A DNA stretch of 5,469 nucleotides from Octopus sinensis. Taxonomy: Eukaryota. Within the stretch, counting starts at the first letter, position 1. Each line of letters starts with the position of its first letter. The stretch is taken from NCBI RefSeq assembly GCF_006345805.1, contig NW_021830016.1, positions 1 to 5,469 of the forward strand, given 5' to 3'. Positions 1 to 5,469 of the stretch are shown one piece after another. A program made the position numbers and the translations under genes. The notes under the pieces were generated by a model, which saw only the letters and a list, made by a program, of their open reading frames with translations, ran no database searches and had not been told where the DNA came from.

Positions 1-25
1 ACACGAACGCACAAATACATACATA

Positions 26-29
<4 letters not shown>

Positions 30-71
<42 letters not shown>

Positions 72-128
72 TATATATATATATATATATTATAACATGT
101 ATGGTATTATATATATATATATATTATA
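30..128. repeat. Compound microsatellite: (CA)19 followed by interrupted (TA)n
   Basis: Read directly: CA run 30-68, TA runs 70-128 interrupted by a short non-repeat stretch. Confidence 0.97.
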
Positions 129-452
129 CACTTGCGTCAAAATTAATTAGCACTTCTCAATTTCTCTACATTAAATAGGTTAAATCAATTAACCTTATAG
201 CTGTTCAAAACGTCTTACGCGATGAGAAAACTAGTATGGTGTGATTTCGGTCCTTGCGAGGCGCTACCTATATCTATTAAACAAAGGAAGATTTATCTGC
301 ATCCGCACTCCAAGTTGTTGCACTGCTATGTCAACATCATAAGGCTGTAGACTCTCAAACTGCTCTGCAAACAAAGTTACGTCATCGTTCTGCGCAACAG
401 TGAACTCGCAACAAAGCAAATCAAGGGTGCTAATTAATTTCTGACGGTAGTG
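129..452. mobile_element. Non-autonomous DNA transposon (MITE), Tc1/mariner-type
   Basis: Left end CACTTGCGTCA-AAATTAATTAGCAC (129-153) vs reverse complement of right end CACTACCGTCAGAAATTAATTAGCAC (427-452): 23/26 identical. TA on both sides (127-128, 453-454), the Tc1/mariner target-site duplication. No transposase ORF inside. Confidence 0.85.
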
Positions 453-462
453 TATATATATA

Positions 463-527
463 TATAAATTTAACCTTTAAAGGTACTTTATAAATTTATA
501 ATTTTATAAATTTAACCTTTAAAGGTA
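463..527. repeat. Exact 23-bp direct repeat, 42-bp period
   Basis: TATAAATTTAACCTTTAAAGGTA at 463-485 and 505-527; each copy contains the palindrome ACCTTTAAAGGT. Confidence 0.9.
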
Positions 528-548
528 TTTTTTGATATGCTGGGCATT

Positions 549-580
549 GATAAAATTTTTTTCCCGAAAAAAATTTTATC
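549..580. repeat. Perfect 14-bp inverted repeat with 4-nt spacer
   Basis: GATAAAATTTTTTT (549-562), CCCG, AAAAAAATTTTATC (567-580). Confidence 0.9.
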
Positions 581-589
581 CCACATATT

Positions 590-592
<3 letters not shown>

Positions 593-620
<28 letters not shown>
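593..620. repeat. (TA)14 microsatellite at the 3' end of the adjacent minus-strand SINE
   Basis: Read directly. Confidence 0.97.
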
Positions 621-625
<5 letters not shown>

Positions 626-770
626 CGATGTACTTCTTTCAGTTTCCGTCTACCAAATTCACTCATAAGGCTTTGGTCAGCCCGAAGCTATACGAGAATC
701 CACTTGCCGAAGGTGTCACACAGTTGGACTGAACCCGGAACCACGTGTTTGGGTAGCAAGCTTCTTGCGA
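621..770 (-). mobile_element. 5'-truncated tRNA-derived SINE, CORE-SINE-like
   Basis: Minus strand: B-box-like GGTTCAGTCC (735-726), then TGTGACACCTTCGGCAAGTG (720-701) resembling the CORE motif TGTGACCTTGGGCAAGT, a body ending GGAAACTGAAAGAAGTACATCGTATAT, then (TA)n. No intact A box. The body resembles an abundant Octopus SINE as I recall it (unverified). Confidence 0.75.
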
Positions 771-867
771 CAAGAATTTTCAGCTTCGTTCTATTTTTGC
801 TTTTGTTTCTTTCTTTGTTTTTTTGTTTTTTCAAAAAGTTAAGGTTTGTAACACAGTATTGATAAAT

Positions 868-1133
868 ATAAACTACCAGCGTCGGGAGATAAAACATTAG
901 TGGGCAATGGGAAAGGTTGGGGTGGTTGCAGTTGTAGTGGGGGTGCTTGGTACTGTGAGTACCAGAATTGAAAGCTATCCGGGTGGCGCACTTACAGAAA
1001 ACAACACACCTTGGAACTACTAGAATACTCAGAAAAGTGCTTGGGAACTGAAGATGTCCCTTCAGTCCATCGGTGTGGGAAGTTGCCCTAGGTGTCGGGA
1101 AGACACTCGGCAGGAAATGGAAACAAAATTGAA
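868..1133 (+). mobile_element. Degenerate 3' end of an REL-endonuclease non-LTR retrotransposon (R4/Dong-like): ORF C-terminus plus 3' UTR
   Basis: Frame 871-978 reads NYQRREIKH*WAMGKVGVVAVVVGVLGTVSTRIESY; after a frameshift 992-1051 reads LQKTTHLGTTRILRKVLGN*. This matches the known C-terminal pattern KYQDLxxEIKRLW...VIPVVVGALGTV...LQKxALLGTARILRKVL. About 80 nt of UTR and (TAA)n follow. An in-frame stop and a frameshift show it is dead. Confidence 0.82.
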
Positions 1134-1139
1134 ATGATG

Positions 1140-1206
<67 letters not shown>

Positions 1207-1214
1207 TAATAATA

Positions 1215-1249
<35 letters not shown>

Positions 1250-1263
1250 AATATTAATAATAA
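1134..1263. repeat. Compound trinucleotide microsatellite (TAA)21...(TGA)11
   Basis: Read directly; explains the poly-Ile/Met ORF at 1092-1277. Confidence 0.98.
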
Positions 1264-1385
1264 TCTTTGTACTATAGGTACAAGGCGCGAAATTTTGAGG
1301 GAAGGGATTATTCAGTTACATCGATCCATAGGGTTTCACTGTTACCTAATTTATCGACCCAGAAAGGATGAAAGGCAAAGTCGAC
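1264..1385 (-). mobile_element. 3' part of a SINE, with the (TTA)n tract as its tail
   Basis: Minus strand GTCGACTTTGCCTTTCATCCTTTCTGGGTCGATAAATTAGGTAACAGTGAAAC...GTACCTATAGTACAAAGA then (TTA)n. The GCCTTTCATCCTTTC-GGGTCGATAAA block resembles a conserved SINE central domain (Meta-type, from memory). A homologous second copy lies at 1545-1698. Confidence 0.78.
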
Positions 1386-1403
1386 TGAGCATACGATGAT
1401 ACC

Positions 1404-1496
1404 AAGGAAACTGGGAAACATCAGGACCTAGCCAGAGAGATGAAGAGATTGTGGAAGTCTAAGATAACAATTATTTTTGTGGTAATTGGTGCATTT
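1404..1496 (+). mobile_element. Second fragment of an REL-type (R4/Dong-like) non-LTR retrotransposon ORF C-terminus
   Basis: Translates KETGKHQDLAREMKRLWKSKITIIFVVIGAF, matching EKxxKYQDLAREIKRLWKxKVxVIPVVIGAL; homologous to 871-951. Confidence 0.8.
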
Positions 1497-1544
1497 TGGC
1501 AGAACAGCCAGACTAATACTTAATAGACCGGAAAGAAGAAAGAA

Positions 1545-1698
1545 TCGACCCCAAGATTGGTCTGGTCTTTATTTTATTGAAGTCGAAAAAAAAAAAAAAG
1601 AAAATGAAATGATAACTTGATCTTAGCGAAATTTGAACTCAGAATATATAGAGCCGGGACGAAACGAATATGACAAGAATCTTAATATCCGACACTCT
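1545..1698 (-). mobile_element. Older, diverged copy of the same SINE family as 1264-1385, retaining more of the 5' head
   Basis: TCGACCCC...CTGGTCTTTATTTTATTGA parallels TCGATCC...CTGTTACCTAATTTATCGA of the first copy; B-box-like GAGTTCAAATTTC on the minus strand (1640-1628); an internal poly-A expansion at about 1585-1599. Confidence 0.6.
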
Positions 1699-1984
1699 GC
1701 TACATCAGTGTTTGAACCCCTAAATTACTGGGCTTGAATGAATTAAGCCAACCTTAATGGGGCTCAAGAATCGATATTGATTTTAAGAGGGAACTCATTC
1801 CAGCAGATGCGAGAAATCTCAGTCATTTGAATAACTTTATTAGGAATAATCTACGTTTAGGGAAATAATCTCCCTATTTATGGGGAATGTTCTACTACAG
1901 CAGAAATAATCAAGTTGAAACAATGTATTATCAAGAAAAGCACCACTTATACTGTTACCCAAACTATCACCAACTTTTTTAAAA

Positions 1985-2083
1985 CCAATACAACAATCAC
2001 ATACGCGAGACACAACCACCAGCATCATCATCATCCATACCATCACCACCATTACCACCTTCATCACCACTTCCGCTACAACC

Positions 2084-2115
<32 letters not shown>

Positions 2116-3198
2116 CAATCACCGACGTGAGACACAACCACCAGCGCCACCGTCCATACCATTAACACCGCCACCTTCACCACCACCACCACACAAAATC
2201 AAACCAAATCAACTCTCGCAGACAGTTTTATAGAGGCTACCACCATCACCACCACCACCACCACCACCACCACAACCACCGCCACCACAACCACCACAAC
2301 CGCCACCACAACCACCACAACCGCCACCATCACCACCACAACCACCACAACCGCCACCATCACCACCACAACCACCACCACCACACCACACTACTGACAC
2401 CATAAACCCACCACCACCACGAAAACACCACCACCACCACCACCACCACAACCACCACCACCACCACAACAACAACCACCGCCACCAACACACCACACCA
2501 CACAAACCCACAACCATCCCCACCAAACCCAACACAAAACACACCACCACCACACATCAGCAACAATAACAACAACCAGCAGCACCATCAGCCCAAGCGA
2601 AACCAAGAGCAACGCTAACACCGTCACCACCGCCATCATGAAATACAGCCATCATCATCATCATCAGCAGCAGCAGCACCACCACCACACCACCAAGAAC
2701 AAAACCCAGCAGTAACACCGGCGCCTCCACCACCACGAACACATCCCGCTCATCATTATCATCATCATCATCATCATTGTCATCACTTGTCACCTTTATC
2801 ATCATCATCGCCATCACCATCTTCAGCACCATCATCATCACCATCATTACCTTCATTAGCACCAACCTCACCGCCATCGCCGCCGCCACCAGGAACACGT
2901 TATCGTCTTCACCATCCTCACCACCACACCTTCGTTACGTCCATTACAACTTCATCATCATCATCATCGTCATCATCCACAACACCACCGCAGAGAACAT
3001 TAGCATCACCATCACCACCACGGAGACCACCACCCAAATATCATAATCATCGTCACATCATTCATCATCATCATCCTCACCATCATCAACATCATCATCA
3101 TCATCATCTCATCGTCATCATCATCATCACCATCATCATCACCATCATCATCAACGTCATCAACGTCATCATCATCATTATCATCATCGTCATCATCA

Positions 3199-3229
<31 letters not shown>

Positions 3230-3605
3230 CGTCATCATCGTCATCACCATCGCAACCACTAGCAGCGTCTTCATTGCCTCCGTTACCACCAACACACCGC
3301 TAACATTCCTACCAGAAATGCCATAATCACCACCACCACCGCCACCGCCGCCGCCCCACCACCACCACCACCACCACCACCATCACAGACATGACCACCA
3401 CCACCACAACTACCACCAACACCACAGTCATAAGACTTATTACGGATGTATGTTACCGTCTTTTGTTTTTAAAAGTAAATTTCAACACGAGATAACACTG
3501 CCAACACCACCACCACCACCCTAACCACTTACCCACGCCACCACCCCAACCCCATCTCACCACCACCACCACCACCACCACCACCACTAACCACCACCGC
3601 CATCA
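1985..3605. repeat. Long degenerate trinucleotide low-complexity domain (CAC/CAA, CAG, CAT sub-blocks)
   Basis: The plus strand is almost entirely C/A-rich triplets: ACC/ACA at about 2230-2560, CAT/CGT at about 2750-3250, CAC at about 3325-3420 and 3500-3605. Stops and frame changes interrupt all frames. Confidence 0.95.
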
Positions 3606-3750
3606 AAAAAATCGAATCACGGAAAGAACACAAGAAGAAGAAATATGTTACATTAAGTGGAAAAGATATTATTAATATATATATCAGCAAGTTTCACCGA
3701 TAATGGAGATGTGGAGGGAGAGGAAGGGGTGTGATGGGGGACAGCAGTTC

Positions 3751-3761
3751 ATACACACACA

Positions 3762-3792
<31 letters not shown>

Positions 3793-3960
3793 CACATATA
3801 CATATATATACACACACATATATATAGAGAGAGAGAGAGACAGAAGAGATTTATATTGATACGTTTATGTGTGTATGTGTAATTATTAATACCTATATAA
3901 TAATAGCTCTCTATATAATTGTATCTTACACACACACACACACATACACACACGTGTGTG

Positions 3961-3991
<31 letters not shown>

Positions 3992-4219
3992 TACATGTGT
4001 ATGTGTTAGGTGCACATACGCATGTAGTCATAAGAATATACATACTTCAGTAGATTTAAACATACCTACATTCTTGTGTAGAGAGAGGTAATTAAGCGTA
4101 TATTTAAGCATTCTTTCCACACACGTACACACACTCATACATACACACACATACACGCATATATAAATAGGTTATATACATATATATGTATGTATATATT
4201 TTATGTATGCATAAATACA

Positions 4220-4263
<44 letters not shown>

Positions 4264-4567
4264 TGTGATGTATGTATGTATTTATATATGAGTATTATAT
4301 TGGAGTGTGTGTGTATGTGTTTCATATTAAGAAACTCATTTATACCTTGAGAAAATATTCATACGTATATGTGCATATCTACACGCTTATACTATATATA
4401 TATACACATATTTACCAAAAAATATATATATATGTATGTATACATATTTCGCCATACGTTTGTATATAAATATATATATATATATTTGTATACATATACA
4501 CATATACACCCTCATACATTCTTGCCTCTCATCATACCTACCTACCGTCCTACCTACATGCATACAT
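3751..4567. repeat. Mosaic of (CA)n, (TA)n, (TG)n, (GA)n and (TATG)n microsatellites
   Basis: Read directly, e.g. CA-TA-GA at 3751-3841 and (TA)n at about 4224-4260; explains the YI/CV-repeat ORFs. Confidence 0.95.
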
Positions 4568-4568
4568 C

Positions 4569-4951
4569 GTGGCACTCCGTCGGTTGCGACGACGAGGGTT
4601 CCAGTTGATCCAATCAACGGAACAGCCTGCTCGTGAAATTAACATGCAAGTGGCTGAGCACTCCACAGACACATTGTGTACCCTTAACGTAGTTCTCAGG
4701 GGAGATTCAGCGTGACACAAAGAGTGACAAGGCTGGCCCCTTTGAAATACAGGTACAACAGAAACAGGAAGAAAGAGTGAGAGAAAGTTGTGGTGAAAGA
4801 GTACAGCAAGGTTCACCACCACCCCCTGCTGGAGTTCGTGGAGCTTTAGGTGTTTCCGCTCAATAAAGACTCTCAACGCTCGGTCTGGGAATCGAAACCG
4901 CGATCCTACGACCGCGAGTTCGCTACCCTAACCACTGGGCCATTGCGCCTC
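4569..4951 (-). mobile_element. Apparently full-length tRNA-derived SINE (about 383 bp)
   Basis: The minus strand starts GAGGCGCAATGGCCCAGTGGTTAGGGTAGCGAACTCGCGGTCGTAGGATCGCGGTTTCGATTCCCAGACC: A box TGGCCCAGTGG (4942-4932), B box GGTTTCGATTCCC (4899-4887). About 300 nt of non-tRNA body ends CGACGGAGTGCCAC. CATA/CCTA simple repeats flank it. Confidence 0.88.
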
Positions 4952-5184
4952 TAACCATACATACATACGTATATGATGGCTGATGGTTGCAAGTGACTGA
5001 TACTTAAATAAATTTAAGCGGAAAACCTCAATACTTTAGAGTGAAATACTACAAATGGTTACTGAAGGTTTTTCACAAAAGGCCTCTCTTATTCTCTCCG
5101 GTCATTGGCGCGGTGCACCTAAAATTACACAGGAGACTTTGCTATGACCTGATAACTAATGCTTTACCGTTTGTTTTTTCATAG

Positions 5185-5247
5185 CGACCAATATGGTTTT
5201 GGACAGTTGACATTAGGGGTCTGCAGTGGAAAACTTGGTCCGGAATG
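5185..5247 (+). other. Candidate 63-nt internal exon of an unidentified gene
   Basis: Branch-like CTAAT (5156-5160), pyrimidine tract and TTTTTTCATAG acceptor ending 5184, donor ATG/GTGAAT at 5248. Two frames open: RPIWFWTVDIRGLQWKTWSGM and DQYGFGQLTLGVCSGKLGPE. No homology recognised with confidence. Confidence 0.35.
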
Positions 5248-5256
5248 GTGAATGGA

Positions 5257-5324
5257 CACTCATACACACACACACACACACCACATACACACACATTATA
5301 TATATACACACATTATATATATAT
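5257..5324. repeat. (CA)n/(TA)n compound microsatellite
   Basis: Read directly. Confidence 0.95.
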
Positions 5325-5327
5325 TCG

Positions 5328-5469
5328 CCATGATTGATCGCTAGCCACTAAACCATTTTTTCTCACCCTGTTTATTTCCGTGTTCCTTTCTGTCGAAGAG
5401 CGTAGGCTCAAATCGTAAAAGGCTTTCTCACTTCCCGAGTGTTAAACTATTACATCTGTTTGTGTTTAC
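5328..5469 (+). mobile_element. Probable Penelope-like element terminal fragment with a degenerate hammerhead-like motif, running off the window edge
   Basis: CCTTT-CTGTCGA-A-GAGC-GTAG-GCTC-AAAT-CGTA-AAAGG (5385-5422) has the layout of the minimal type I hammerheads of Penelope-like elements. The surrounding sequence resembles a dispersed Octopus repeat as I recall it (unverified). Boundaries approximate. Confidence 0.5.

Noticed and set aside
235-330. Possible transposase C-terminal remnant in the MITE (minus strand, ...RLARTEITPY*)
   Set aside because: Only a faint resemblance to Tc1 termini, with an in-frame stop; not supportable without an alignment.
463-580. CRISPR-like palindromic direct repeats or a bacterial terminator
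   Set aside because: Only two repeat copies, no unique spacers, no cas genes, and a eukaryotic context.
688-897. 69-aa minus-strand ORF
   Set aside because: Runs through a T-rich stretch and a SINE body; no recognisable protein motif.
1092-1277. Poly-Ile/Met ORF resembling a membrane peptide
   Set aside because: Pure translation of the TAA/TGA microsatellite.
1861-1980. Possible exon after TTTAG (GNNLPIYGECSTTAEIIKLKQC...)
   Set aside because: Weak pyrimidine tract, no convincing donor, no recognisable homology.
1840-3326. Overlapping His-, Thr-, Ser/Pro-, Val- and Gly-rich ORFs on both strands
   Set aside because: Triplet repeats lacking stops open several frames at once; no consistent frame, splice structure or domain.
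3519-3532. Single CCCTAA telomere-like hexamer and a minus-strand GTAAGT donor match
   Set aside because: Single short matches inside a C-rich repeat; no array and no partner acceptor.
3688-3740. G-rich island, possible micro-exon or G-quadruplex
   Set aside because: The acceptor lacks a pyrimidine tract, the donor is weak, and the G-runs are irregular.
3684-4636. ORFs rich in YI, CV and HT dipeptides
   Set aside because: Translations of TA/CA/TG dinucleotide repeats.
4550-4876. 108-aa minus-strand ORF
   Set aside because: Lies almost entirely inside the SINE body and its tail; incidental.
4878-4951. tRNA gene
   Set aside because: A and B boxes are present but there is no acceptor-stem pairing or T-run terminator, and it continues into a SINE body.

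Overview
Repeat-dense, largely non-coding eukaryotic DNA. From recalled repeat motifs (not a database search) it most resembles a cephalopod, probably Octopus, intron or intergenic region. None of the 17 supplied ORFs is a credible gene: they read through microsatellites, low-complexity tracts or SINE sequence. Supported features: a 324-bp Tc1/mariner-type MITE with TIRs, inserted in a (TA)n tract (129-452); four minus-strand tRNA-type SINE copies from about three families (621-770, 1264-1385, 1545-1698, and an apparently full-length copy at 4569-4951); two degenerate fragments of the C-terminal REL-endonuclease region of an R4/Dong-like non-LTR retrotransposon (868-1133, 1404-1496); a 1.6-kb strand-asymmetric CAC/CAA/CAT triplet domain; many dinucleotide microsatellites; a candidate 63-nt exon (5185-5247); and, at the right edge, a probable Penelope-like fragment with a degenerate minimal type I hammerhead-ribozyme-like fold (5385-5422), the most notable signal. 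I see no convincing evidence for a wholly new biological system.
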